DNA of 24,000 nucleotides, from assembly GCF_053690295.1 (NCBI RefSeq), contig NZ_JBSAOV010000002.1. The stretch is one strand, 5' to 3'. The translations under genes and the position numbers were made by a program. Position 1 is the first letter of the stretch. Every line of letters begins with the position of its first letter. A model generated the notes under the pieces. It worked only from the letters and a program-made list of their open reading frames with translations, made no database searches and had not been told where the DNA came from. Shown here one piece after another: positions 8,188-16,800 of the stretch.

Positions 8188-9076
8188 TATCTTTCAGTCA
8201 CTTAAAAATTGCGTATTCGACCTTCAGCGCGCTGACGTTCAGAACTATCAGCAACCTCTTAAGCAATTGGCCCGGCTCTTGAACTCAGAGAATCTGCAGT
8301 CAGTTAATGCACATCTGACCCGCAATGTTGAACTTGATACCTTTCTGGCCAGGAGTGAAGATACTGAATCCAGCATGGCTGGTTCCGCTGTTCTACAGTG
8401 GCCTGATGAGCCCGCTGATATTTTGGGCCTGAAGTTGCTGCTGATCGAGAAAATGGCAGACGATAACAATTTTTCCTTTAATTTCTGTCATACATTTTTC
8501 TATGATCGAAACATTATTGAATCCATTCGAAAATTCACGTCGTCATTAGTTGCCCCGTTCGTGCGCGATTACCAGTTGTATGTGGAAAACCAACACGATC
8601 CTGAGCCTGCAGTGTTTCGGCCGGTTTCCCGAAAAATTTTTATTGTTCATGGCCATGATAATGATGCCCTTCAGTCTGTTGCCCGTTTTATATCCCGGAT
8701 AGGTCTTGAGGAAATCATTCTTTCAGAACGTCCTGACGGCTCCAGGACGATTATCGAGAAATTTGAAGCAGAGTCAGGGGATGTCAGTTTTGCCATCGTG
8801 CTGATGACGCCCGACGATAGCGGCAGTGCTCTGGCATCTGAAAGCACACGTCTCCGCGCACGCCAGAATGTCCTGTATGAGCTCGGATATTTCGCCGGGA
8901 AGCTTGGACGCGGGAAAGTACTTGTACTCAGGAAGGGAGATATCGAAATCCCTTCAGATCTTGCCGGGGTTCTCTATACCGAGCTTGATGAGCATGGTGG
9001 ATGGAAACGCAAACTGCTGAGTGAGCTTGCGTATGCCGGTGTTCCTTTTGACAAGGATAAAGCATTAAGCGCCTGA
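8177..9076 (+). CDS. TIR-like nucleotide-binding protein of the CAP12/Pycsar-effector TIR family (PF10137-like)
   Basis: 299 aa. C-terminal KIFIVHGHDNDALQSVARFISRIGLEEIILSERPDGSRTIIEKFE...FAIVLMTPDDSG...RARQNVLYELGYFAGKLGRGKVLVLRKGDIEIPSDLAGVLY; N-terminal ~150 aa of unknown function. Confidence 0.85.
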   Translation: MAIDIFQSLKNCVFDLQRADVQNYQQPLKQLARLLNSENLQSVNAHLTRNVELDTFLARSEDTESSMAGSAVLQWPDEPADILGLKLLLIEKMADDNNFSFNFCHTFFYDRNIIESIRKFTSSLVAPFVRDYQLYVENQHDPEPAVFRPVSRKIFIVHGHDNDALQSVARFISRIGLEEIILSERPDGSRTIIEKFEAESGDVSFAIVLMTPDDSGSALASESTRLRARQNVLYELGYFAGKLGRGKVLVLRKGDIEIPSDLAGVLYTELDEHGGWKRKLLSELAYAGVPFDKDKALSA

Positions 9077-9099
9077 TCTCCTTCATTTAGTAAGAAAAA

Positions 9100-9118
9100 G
9101 GCCGCTAAGCGGCCTTAA
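9100..9118. terminator. Probable bidirectional terminator AAGGCCGC-TAA-GCGGCCTT
   Basis: 8-bp perfect stem, 3-nt loop, A-run before and T-run after, lying between convergent genes. Confidence 0.8.
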
Positions 9119-9125
9119 TTTTTGG

Positions 9126-11351
9126 TCAGTCGTCATTTTCCAGCGCTGTTTTGAGCGCTTCCTGCTCCGGAGTCAGCTCGTTGCCGGACAGCATAACCTT
9201 CAACTTCTCTTCGACTGCTGGCCAGTCATCAAAGAACGGACTGACCTGGTCACGCGCAATCCGGCGATATGCCCCTCGGTGGGAGCTGAAGACACTGGTC
9301 TGTAATCGTATCAACAGGTTAACAAGGCCTTCATCAGTGGTAGTAACTTCTCTGACCCATTGCTTCACGGTTTCACCTGAACTCATGTCTCTCCAGGCGT
9401 AGAGATACCCGAGAAGAGACTTGCGCAGGAGAAGCTGTTGCTGAAGTTCTGGTTGATTCATACGTTCCGCAAACCTGTCACGCAACCGTTCCGTAATATC
9501 GCGACTGAAAAGAGCGTCTGAAGGCGAAGGTACTGCATTCTGAGCAAGTCCATGTTCCCAGATAAGATCCCGCATAAAATCGGCTATCCAGAACGGCGAA
9601 GCACCCGTAACGATCAGTTTTTCCATAAGCGTGATCGTTCTGGTCTCATCAATATCCTGCATATGCTTCAGCAGATGCCGTACAACCTCATTAATGGCCA
9701 TTTCACGCAGGGAAAACCATGGGTTACGGATACTGAAGCGAGTGCTCACCTCATCGGTGTGATCGAAGAAAAAATGAACCAGTCCTGCGCACTCTTCGAA
9801 ATTACGTTCTCTTATCAGGCCTGGAGTCAGTCTGCTCAGTATATGTTCAAACCAGGTTCCGGACAGACTGCCCACACTGTTGATTTTTGAGAGCAGCAAT
9901 TCAGAAAGCTGCTGCTGTTTTTCCGATACGCCAGCCTGTTCAAAAAGCTGTCTGAAGAATTCAGGTGGCAGAACATTCTGTGGTGAGGAGAAGGCAAAAT
10001 AATATCGCCAGTGCGTCAGGCTGCTGAGTCGTTTACCGGTCGTCTGGATATGACGAAAATCCTCACTGACGGGCTCAAAAAGATTCAGATATTCATCATT
10101 ATGTCCACTGATACCTGGGATCCAGTCTGCAAGTGTCAGAAACGAGTCTGCATTTGATGCCCTGAACGTCTTCATACATCTGATAAGCCCCTCCCGGAAG
10201 TCTGCTTTCTCTCCGTCAGAAAGCATACCCTGACCGGTTTCAATCACGGACCGTTCTGTCAGGTAATGCTCTGTCCAGTCATACAGAGCCGGGTTTGTCA
10301 CCCGTATAAGCTGAAGCAGGCACAAATCAGGGAAATAAACAAAATCCCGCATCCCCGGATAAAGAAAAATCAGGGAATTAATGGCCTGATGGATTTCCCG
10401 TGGCGTCGAAAGTGCGGCACCATAGGTATCAGTCACCGCGATGAGATCCCTTACCATTCCAGAGTCTGGCGGTTGATTATTAATTTGCTGATATAGAGCC
10501 TCAGCCCGCTGGCGAAATTCATTACGTAAATCAAAGGCTTCAGGTCGGGGTAATTTAAAACTAAGCTGAATGATTTTCTGGAGATAACGGCTGCCATCTT
10601 CGATATTCAGCGCATGTTCAACGGCATGAGTGATAATCTGCCTGTCATAACAGAGAATATGGGTAAAGCGGGGCAGATCGGCTACTGCACGCACAAGCCT
10701 GAACACTTCCGCCACCTGGGATGGCTCCAGTCGGTCCAGATCATCCATGACAACAATGAACTTCAGATCCAGACTCACCAGTTGTCCTGCAATTTCAGCC
10801 CGAAGCTTTGTCGTGGTTTTCTGATCAACAGCCAGACGGCTGTCTGAAAATACCTTTATTCCGCCTGCTATCCAGTTAATAATGCTGGAAAACTGTCCGA
10901 TATATTGAACCAGTGGAAGGACGCGCGATGAAGTATCCTGAGCATACTCAATCACTTTTTGAGCTTCCGGTGACAACAGATATTTACGCCAGAGCTTTTT
11001 GAAGCCCTTCGGGGGATAGCGTATTTCCATTTCCTGCTGGATAACCGTGGCAACCGGAAGAAAGAGCGCTTCAACCGGACTGCCGCCACTCAGCCAGGGA
11101 GAAATATGCAGCACATGCGTGTGAGCATCTTTTTTCAGGGCAAGGTTTCTCAGGATCAGATTAAGGAGGCTTGTTTTACCCGATCCCCATGCACCTTCTA
11201 TTCCGACAACATTTGAAGCCTCCAGAGGAAGAGTAAGGATGGAACGGGATATATTTTCTGCGATATTACCGAAACCGTATCGATCCTCAGGTACATCTTC
11301 AACTGCCGCATCAAGCCCTTTCTGGTTCCACAGCTGCCTCAGTATCTTCAT
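9126..11351 (-). CDS. KAP-family P-loop NTPase
   Basis: 741 aa. NVVGIEGAWGSGKTSLLNLI (Walker A), HISPWLSGG, LKFIVVMDDLDRLEPSQVAEVFRLVRAVADLPRFTHILCYDRQII (KAP-type Walker B region). Confidence 0.88.
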   Translation of the reverse strand: MKILRQLWNQKGLDAAVEDVPEDRYGFGNIAENISRSILTLPLEASNVVGIEGAWGSGKTSLLNLILRNLALKKDAHTHVLHISPWLSGGSPVEALFLPVATVIQQEMEIRYPPKGFKKLWRKYLLSPEAQKVIEYAQDTSSRVLPLVQYIGQFSSIINWIAGGIKVFSDSRLAVDQKTTTKLRAEIAGQLVSLDLKFIVVMDDLDRLEPSQVAEVFRLVRAVADLPRFTHILCYDRQIITHAVEHALNIEDGSRYLQKIIQLSFKLPRPEAFDLRNEFRQRAEALYQQINNQPPDSGMVRDLIAVTDTYGAALSTPREIHQAINSLIFLYPGMRDFVYFPDLCLLQLIRVTNPALYDWTEHYLTERSVIETGQGMLSDGEKADFREGLIRCMKTFRASNADSFLTLADWIPGISGHNDEYLNLFEPVSEDFRHIQTTGKRLSSLTHWRYYFAFSSPQNVLPPEFFRQLFEQAGVSEKQQQLSELLLSKINSVGSLSGTWFEHILSRLTPGLIRERNFEECAGLVHFFFDHTDEVSTRFSIRNPWFSLREMAINEVVRHLLKHMQDIDETRTITLMEKLIVTGASPFWIADFMRDLIWEHGLAQNAVPSPSDALFSRDITERLRDRFAERMNQPELQQQLLLRKSLLGYLYAWRDMSSGETVKQWVREVTTTDEGLVNLLIRLQTSVFSSHRGAYRRIARDQVSPFFDDWPAVEEKLKVMLSGNELTPEQEALKTALENDD

Positions 11352-11352
11352 A

Positions 11353-12444
11353 TTACAGATCTCCGTACAGGCAGCGCAGCCCGGTCAGGGCCTCCGCCAG
11401 CGGGCCTTCTTGACACCGCGTGGCGAGCTCCCGGACCAGCGTCTCAAAGGCCTCCGCCGGCATAAAAATCCGCAGGCCGTCTATCCCGAAGAAGCCCTCC
11501 GGCGTGACGTTTCCGGGCGGGGAGAACATCACTCGCTCCCCCTGGTGACCGTGCGTCAGGGCTTCCGGATGCCGGGCATACAGCGTGAACAGGCCCAGCA
11601 GTTCGGATAACGCTTCCCAGCCGTACGGCACCACGAAGTCCTGGCCGGTGATCAGCAGGTGCAGACGGGGTGTGGTGTACCAGGCCCCCGGGCGTTCTCC
11701 GGGGTGCTGGCCGTCAACGCGGATCTCCAGGCGCAGCGTGCCGGCCTCAATGGTTTCCGTGACGGCAGAAATAACCGGGCGCAGCTCCTGTGCCAGCGTT
11801 CTTGCCTGTTCTGTGTTCCAGTCCAGGCCGCGCAGCATCAACGGGAAAACAGCTTTCAGCCGCGGCAGGGTGAAGATTTCTGCCAGCACCGCGTCCGGCA
11901 CCTCCGCCAGGCCAAAACAGTCGCTCTCGAGCGGACGCAGGAGGTGTTCGGCATACATCTGATCCACCACGGGGCGCAGCGCTGCCCGGAAGGCTTCAAA
12001 CTCTTCCGTCCAGTTTTTCCCGGCCAGGCGGAAAATCCCCTTCAGGTAGTGACCGTCCACAGGGCGATCGTGCTCCACCTGCCAGGCCAGCAGGTTGCCA
12101 GTGATGTCCAGCAGCGTGTCCAGGGCCGGGAGTGTGGCCAGCCTATTATGCCCGCGCAGGAAGGCCTCCCTGACGTGAACCAGGACAAAGCGCAGTTCGT
12201 CGCGGGAGAGCGCTGACGTGCCGAAGGTCTGGCCCAGAATGATATGCCGGTACAGCTGCCGGACCGTGGCCTCCGGATCGGCAATGAGCTGAAAATACCC
12301 GTCACCGGGCGCGACCGTTTTCAGGCCGTCATCGAGGAAGCGTTCGGCTAGGGCGTTGACCGAAGTATTTTCCCGACCGGCACGCGTTTTCAGCGCCTCG
12401 ATAAGTTTTTTGTGAAAACGCAGGTTAAGCTGGCTTAGCATCAT
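11353..12444 (-). CDS. HicB-like / Arc-type RHH-domain plasmid protein with long C-terminal region
   Basis: 363 aa. N-terminus LSQLNLRFHKKLIEALKTRAGRENTSVNALAERFLDDGL is ribbon-helix-helix/HicB-like. Its stop is 1 nt from the KAP gene start. Confidence 0.65.
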   Translation of the reverse strand: MMLSQLNLRFHKKLIEALKTRAGRENTSVNALAERFLDDGLKTVAPGDGYFQLIADPEATVRQLYRHIILGQTFGTSALSRDELRFVLVHVREAFLRGHNRLATLPALDTLLDITGNLLAWQVEHDRPVDGHYLKGIFRLAGKNWTEEFEAFRAALRPVVDQMYAEHLLRPLESDCFGLAEVPDAVLAEIFTLPRLKAVFPLMLRGLDWNTEQARTLAQELRPVISAVTETIEAGTLRLEIRVDGQHPGERPGAWYTTPRLHLLITGQDFVVPYGWEALSELLGLFTLYARHPEALTHGHQGERVMFSPPGNVTPEGFFGIDGLRIFMPAEAFETLVRELATRCQEGPLAEALTGLRCLYGDL

Positions 12445-12664
12445 CGATCCTTTAATGTTTGTTTTGTTCTTAATGCTAACCTAGCATTTTATTATTAGCT
12501 ATTAATCAGTTTTTTAGTTTTTGAAAATTGTGATGCTTCTAAAATTACTAAAATTGAGGATTTTAATGCTACAACAATGCCTGCCTCTTCTTATTTCTCC
12601 GGAGATCCGAAAACCCCAAGTTACGGATCTTCCTCCCCCTCCGCACAGCGCCACACCCTGTAAG

Positions 12665-12712
12665 CACAACATGTAGTGCTGAATTCAGCTGCTCTCGACA
12701 CTATATGTTGTG
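12665..12712. repeat. Inverted repeat CACAACATGTAGTG / CACTATATGTTGTG flanking a central palindrome GCTGAATTCAGC
   Basis: 14-bp arms at 12665-12678 and 12699-12712 (13 of 14 pairs), 20-nt spacer, perfect 12-bp palindrome at 12678-12689. Confidence 0.7.
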
Positions 12713-12992
12713 TCATCTCCCTGACCTGTGATGCGCCGCGCAGGGGCGGAAAACAGCGATATGATTATTTCCTCAGCGTGGTACACTTCCGGAAAGTTGT
12801 GATATTCCGGAAAGTCGGATCTGACGGAAACGGCTCTCCGGTAATTTAACGGCGTGGTTATATGGATGCTTGTTATCATGGTGATGATGATAACGGCATG
12901 ATGTTATCAGACGGCGTGACGGTAAGGGCAGTGATGATGGATGACGTTATCGCATGACCGTCCCTGCCCGGAAAAGAAAAAAGGAGTCACCC

Positions 12993-13406
12993 ATGTTTTT
13001 TATTGAGAATGAAGGTCAGGCTGTCGCCGGAACGGATTACTGGCAGTCTGTACAGGCGCAGGCCGGATATGTCTACCTCAGCTGGAATGCCGGCGCAGCC
13101 AGGCTGCTTGTCCCGGATGCGGCAAAACATTTACTCAGGGAGATGCGGGGGGCTGAGTACGTCATCATCAGTAAGGGAACGCTGCATGGCCGCGATGCGC
13201 TGGAACTGGTATTTGAAGACGGCAGCGATGCGCCGTTTGTGATCCACATGCTGAGTGAGCAGTGCGATCGCCTGCTCCCCGAAAACAACCAGGGCGGGGG
13301 TTTTGTTGTCACCGTCTGGACGCGTGGCGGTAACCAGCTCCGTTATCCGGGAAAGTACCGTGTTGTGGAAAACCTGCCCGACGTTTCCCCGTGGAGTGAA
13401 CACTGA
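12993..13406 (+). CDS. Conserved plasmid hypothetical protein upstream of the ResD-like recombinase
   Basis: Internal ATG at 12993 (MFFIENEGQAVAGTDYWQSVQAQAG...) preceded by AAGGAG. The ORF track start at 12954 is an extension. Confidence 0.65.
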   Translation: MFFIENEGQAVAGTDYWQSVQAQAGYVYLSWNAGAARLLVPDAAKHLLREMRGAEYVIISKGTLHGRDALELVFEDGSDAPFVIHMLSEQCDRLLPENNQGGGFVVTVWTRGGNQLRYPGKYRVVENLPDVSPWSEH

Positions 13407-13407
13407 T

Positions 13408-14187
13408 ATGCAGCACCTGCCGGCACCGATACACCATGCCCGGGATGCCGCTCAGCTTCCTGTTGCCATCGATTATCCGGCAGCGCTGGCACTCCGCCAG
13501 ATGTCGATGGTTCATGATGAACTGCCAAAATACCTGCTGGCCCCTGAAGTGAGCGCCCTGCTCCATTACGTCCCGGATCTGCGCCGCAAGATGCTGCTGG
13601 CCACACTGTGGAACACCGGTGCACGCATTAATGAAGCACTGGCGCTGACGCGGGGGGATTTTTCGCTCACGCCTCCGTATCCGTTTGTGCAGCTGGCCAC
13701 TCTGAAGCAGCGGACCGAAAAAGCCGCCAGGACGGCAGGAAGGATGCCCGCCGGTCAGCAGACTCACCGGCTGGTTCCGCTCTCCGACGCCTGGTACGTC
13801 AGCCAGCTGCAGACGATGGTGGCCACACTGAAAATCCCCATGGAACGGCGTAATAAACGAACAGGCAGGACAGAGAAAGCGCGGATCTGGGAAGTGACGG
13901 ACAGAACGGTCAGGACCTGGATTGGGGAGGCGGTTGCCGCCGCTGCCGCTGATGGAGTGACGTTCTCTGTCCCGGTCACGCCACATACGTTCCGCCATTC
14001 CTATGCGATGCATATGCTGTATGCCGGTATACCGCTGAAGGTCCTGCAGAGTCTGATGGGGCATAAGTCCATCAGCTCAACGGAGGTCTACACGAAGGTG
14101 TTTGCACTGGATGTGGCTGCACGGCACCGGGTGCAGTTTTCGATGCCTGAGTCCGATGCGGTGTCTATGCTCAAAAGAATTCCATAA
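13408..14187 (+). CDS. resD: Tyrosine recombinase / ResD-like multimer resolution recombinase
   Basis: From ATG at 13408 (MQHLPAPIHHARDAAQLPVAIDYP...). Catalytic-motif regions TGARINEALALT, HTFRHSYAMHML, GHKSISSTEVYTKVF. Confidence 0.85.
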   Translation: MQHLPAPIHHARDAAQLPVAIDYPAALALRQMSMVHDELPKYLLAPEVSALLHYVPDLRRKMLLATLWNTGARINEALALTRGDFSLTPPYPFVQLATLKQRTEKAARTAGRMPAGQQTHRLVPLSDAWYVSQLQTMVATLKIPMERRNKRTGRTEKARIWEVTDRTVRTWIGEAVAAAAADGVTFSVPVTPHTFRHSYAMHMLYAGIPLKVLQSLMGHKSISSTEVYTKVFALDVAARHRVQFSMPESDAVSMLKRIP

Positions 14188-14212
14188 GCTCTGACTTTTT
14201 TAAATCCCTTTC

Positions 14213-14345
14213 GGATATCTCATGGATATATTATCGGTATTTCATATTCTGTTGACATGCAGGACCGGTATAGAGTAAAAAAACATCTATTGAGTACCTC
14301 TTGGATATCCGAAAGGTGTCTTATGGGGTCTTTATGGGTATTACA
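14213..14345. repeat. Short degenerate partition-site-like repeats (GGATATC/GGTATT/GGTATA type) upstream of parA
   Basis: Repeated GGATATC, GGATATA, CGGTATT, CCGGTATA, GAGTACC, TTGGATATCC and GGGTATT motifs in about 130 bp. Confidence 0.6.
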
Positions 14346-14366
14346 TGTGGATTCTGGAGATACACT

Positions 14367-15011
14367 ATGCCTGTTATTGCTAATACGCATCCCAAAGGTG
14401 GTGTGGGTAAGACAACTTCATCCGTAAACATTGTTGGTGAAATGAAGTCTGATACAGTTGATCTGGATACTCATACCGGGCTTTCTATCATTCTGGGGCT
14501 GAGACCTGAAGGAAAAGAAATTTCCGTGAAAGTACCCAAAACAGTGGATGAGTTAATCGAAATTATGACTCCCTACAAGAACAGCGATAAGACGTTACTT
14601 ATTGACTGTGGGGGATTTGACTCAGATCTTACCCGTACTGCGATTGCCTTTGCAGACTGCGTTATTGTTCCTTCAAAAGACTCCCTGACTGAACGTATTG
14701 GTTTGATGCATTTTGATGGAGTACTGGACGAAATCAGCTCTATCATGGGGACCGATATAACTGCTCACCTGTATCTCTGTAAAGTTAATCCTAACAAGAA
14801 GAAATTCCCTAAGCTTGATGCAATCCTGCCATCGTTCAAACATCTGAAGCTGATGAAGAGCCGCATTTCTGCTCGTGCAGAATTTGAGGATGTCATTGAG
14901 ACTGGGATGGGAATCACTGAGTCTGTTCATGGGCGCTATTCGGCAGGAGGTAAGGAAGTTATTGCCCTGATCGAAGAAATCAATCATCTGATTGAAAATA
15001 ACAAACAGTAA
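14367..15011 (+). CDS. parA: ParA-family partition ATPase (small, type Ib-like)
   Basis: MPVIANTHPKGGVGKTTSSVNIVGEM (deviant Walker A) starting at the internal ATG 14367 with upstream CTGGAG; TLLIDCGGFDSDLTRTAIAFADCVIVPS. Confidence 0.88.
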   Translation: MPVIANTHPKGGVGKTTSSVNIVGEMKSDTVDLDTHTGLSIILGLRPEGKEISVKVPKTVDELIEIMTPYKNSDKTLLIDCGGFDSDLTRTAIAFADCVIVPSKDSLTERIGLMHFDGVLDEISSIMGTDITAHLYLCKVNPNKKKFPKLDAILPSFKHLKLMKSRISARAEFEDVIETGMGITESVHGRYSAGGKEVIALIEEINHLIENNKQ

Positions 15012-15023
15012 GGTGTGTCTATT

Positions 15024-15485
15024 GGGTATCCATATAGTATCCTTTGGGCTTTTAATGGATATCTTTTAAGTATCTAACAAACATCCTGGGTTATCTCATG
15101 AGCAAAGCGAAATTTAGTGCACAGGCTGAAAAACTGAAAAACCTGGTGGATTCTGCCAGATTACAAACTTCTTCTTCTGCCGTAACAGCAACAGCCCCGT
15201 CTCAGCCAAATGAAGGTGCAGAGGAAGTTTCAGGTCGTCCCGTGGCTGCCAGGACGAAGGCTAAGAATCTTAAGGCCATACCGCTGTCGTATTTTGAAGC
15301 TCATGCGGAACTTAAAGCGACCAGTAAAACATCTCTGGATTTTAGCTCATATATTATTGAGGCTATAAGAGAGAAGCTTGAACGTGATGGTGCAATAGGT
15401 TAATAAACTATCGGATACCTTAAGGGTATCTGATGTGTGTCTTTTAAATGCGTTATGGGGATTCTTCACGTACCTAAAGAGTCCC
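15024..15485. repeat. Further GG(A/G)TATC-like repeats flanking the parB-like gene (interrupted by it)
   Basis: GGGTATCC, TAGTATCC, TGGATATC, AAGTATC before the gene; CGGATACC and GGGTATC after it (about 15413-15430). Confidence 0.55.
15098..15403 (+). CDS. parB: Small ParB/ParG-like partition DNA-binding protein (putative RHH)
   Basis: 101 aa immediately downstream of parA, with low-complexity N-terminus and compact C-terminus (LDFSSYIIEAIREKLERDG), flanked by repeats. Confidence 0.7.
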   Translation: MSKAKFSAQAEKLKNLVDSARLQTSSSAVTATAPSQPNEGAEEVSGRPVAARTKAKNLKAIPLSYFEAHAELKATSKTSLDFSSYIIEAIREKLERDGAIG

Positions 15486-15590
15486 CATTAGACATCTTTC
15501 TGTTTATGGTGACATGATTCGTCACCGCTTTCCTTTCCTCTCAGTTTCACCATTTCATTCCTTTTCCCTTAACCTGAACCATGATGTCCA

Positions 15591-15800
15591 CGATGTTTTT
15601 ATATTGCATTTATGTATCACATATAACCTTCATAATGTTTTTGTATCTATGATTTCCTCTGGTCTTAAAGTTGTGTGTACAATGTACATGCAATTTATCG
15701 TGTTTTTATGTTGCATTTGTCCTTTCAAAAAGACCGTTTTTTCATTATAATTGAATATACATTGCATGTATGAAGTATGTTTGTTTTTTCTATTTGTTTA
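15591..15800. promoter_or_regulatory. Candidate parC centromere/promoter region for parMR
   Basis: AT-rich intergenic region with TGTTTTTATATTGCATTT (15594-15611) nearly repeated as TGTTTTTATGTTGCATTT (15701-15718), plus related TGTTTTTG and TTGCAT units, directly upstream of parM. Confidence 0.6.
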
Positions 15801-15819
15801 TGAGCAACGGAGACTGGTT

Positions 15820-16800
15820 ATGAAAATCTTTATTGATGATGGTTCTACCAACATTAAACTTGCCTGGTTGGAGGATGGTGACGTGAAAACGTTAATCAGC
15901 CCTAACAGCTTTAAACCGGAATGGTCTTTTAGTTTACTGGATGATGCTGCTCCGGCTAATTACGAGATCGACGGCGAGAAGTTTTCATTTGATCCATTAA
16001 GTGCTGATGCTGTCGTAACGACTGAAACACGCTATCAGTACAGTGATGTGAATGTTGTGGCCATTCAGCATGCGCTACAGCAGACCGGCCTGAAAGCGCA
16101 GCCTGTTGATGTCATCGTCACATTGCCGATCTCTGAATACCTTGACGCCAACAATCAGAAAAATAAGCAAAACATTGAAAGAAAGAAAAAAAATGTGATG
16201 CGTGAAGTACGGGTGCAGGGGAGTGATGCATTTGTTATTCGCAGTGTTTCCGTTCTTCCTGAAAGTATTCCCGCTGGTTTCAGTGTTCTTGCGGGGCTTG
16301 AGGATGATGAATCCCTTTTGATCGTAGATCTCGGTGGTACAACTCTTGATGTGTCGCATGTTCGTAGCAAAATGACAGGGATTACAAAAACCTGGTGTGA
16401 TCCGAATATCGGCGTGTCCCTGATTACATCCGGGGTTAAGGAACAGATGGCTGTACATGCTAATACAAGAGTGAGCTCATTCCAGGCTGACAATATCATT
16501 GTGCACCGTAATGAACCTGACTACCTTTCCCGTCGCATTTATAATGCTGAACAGCGTGAGTCTATCATTAATGTTATCAATGAACGGCAGAAGTTGCTTA
16601 TTAAACGAGTTAATGATGTCATCAGCCGTTTCACCGACTATACACATGTAATGTGTGTTGGTGGTGGGGCTGAAATTGTGGCCGAGGCTGTGAAGAACCT
16701 GACTAAGGTTCCTGATGAGCGCTTTTATCTGAGCTCATCCCCGCAGTTTGATTTAGTCATGGGAATGATAAAAATGAAAGGTGGTGTGACTAATGAGTGA
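15820..16800 (+). CDS. parM: Actin-like plasmid segregation ATPase ParM/StbA
   Basis: MKIFIDDGSTNIKLAWLEDGDVKTLISPNSFKPEW...YSDVNVVAIQHAL...LLIVDLGGTTLDVSHV...VMCVGGGAEIVAEAV; strongly R1 ParM-like. ATG at 15820. Confidence 0.96.
   Translation: MKIFIDDGSTNIKLAWLEDGDVKTLISPNSFKPEWSFSLLDDAAPANYEIDGEKFSFDPLSADAVVTTETRYQYSDVNVVAIQHALQQTGLKAQPVDVIVTLPISEYLDANNQKNKQNIERKKKNVMREVRVQGSDAFVIRSVSVLPESIPAGFSVLAGLEDDESLLIVDLGGTTLDVSHVRSKMTGITKTWCDPNIGVSLITSGVKEQMAVHANTRVSSFQADNIIVHRNEPDYLSRRIYNAEQRESIINVINERQKLLIKRVNDVISRFTDYTHVMCVGGGAEIVAEAVKNLTKVPDERFYLSSSPQFDLVMGMIKMKGGVTNE

Noticed and set aside
9126-11351. Possible QatABCD system
   Set aside because: Only a KAP NTPase is present; no QueC-like, TatD-like or QatB-like gene is in the window.
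11585-12216. Plus-strand ORFs of 125 and 185 aa
   Set aside because: Both lie antisense to the HicB-like gene and have no recognisable motif.
13309-14064. 251-aa minus-strand ORF
   Set aside because: Antisense to the tyrosine recombinase with identifiable catalytic motifs.
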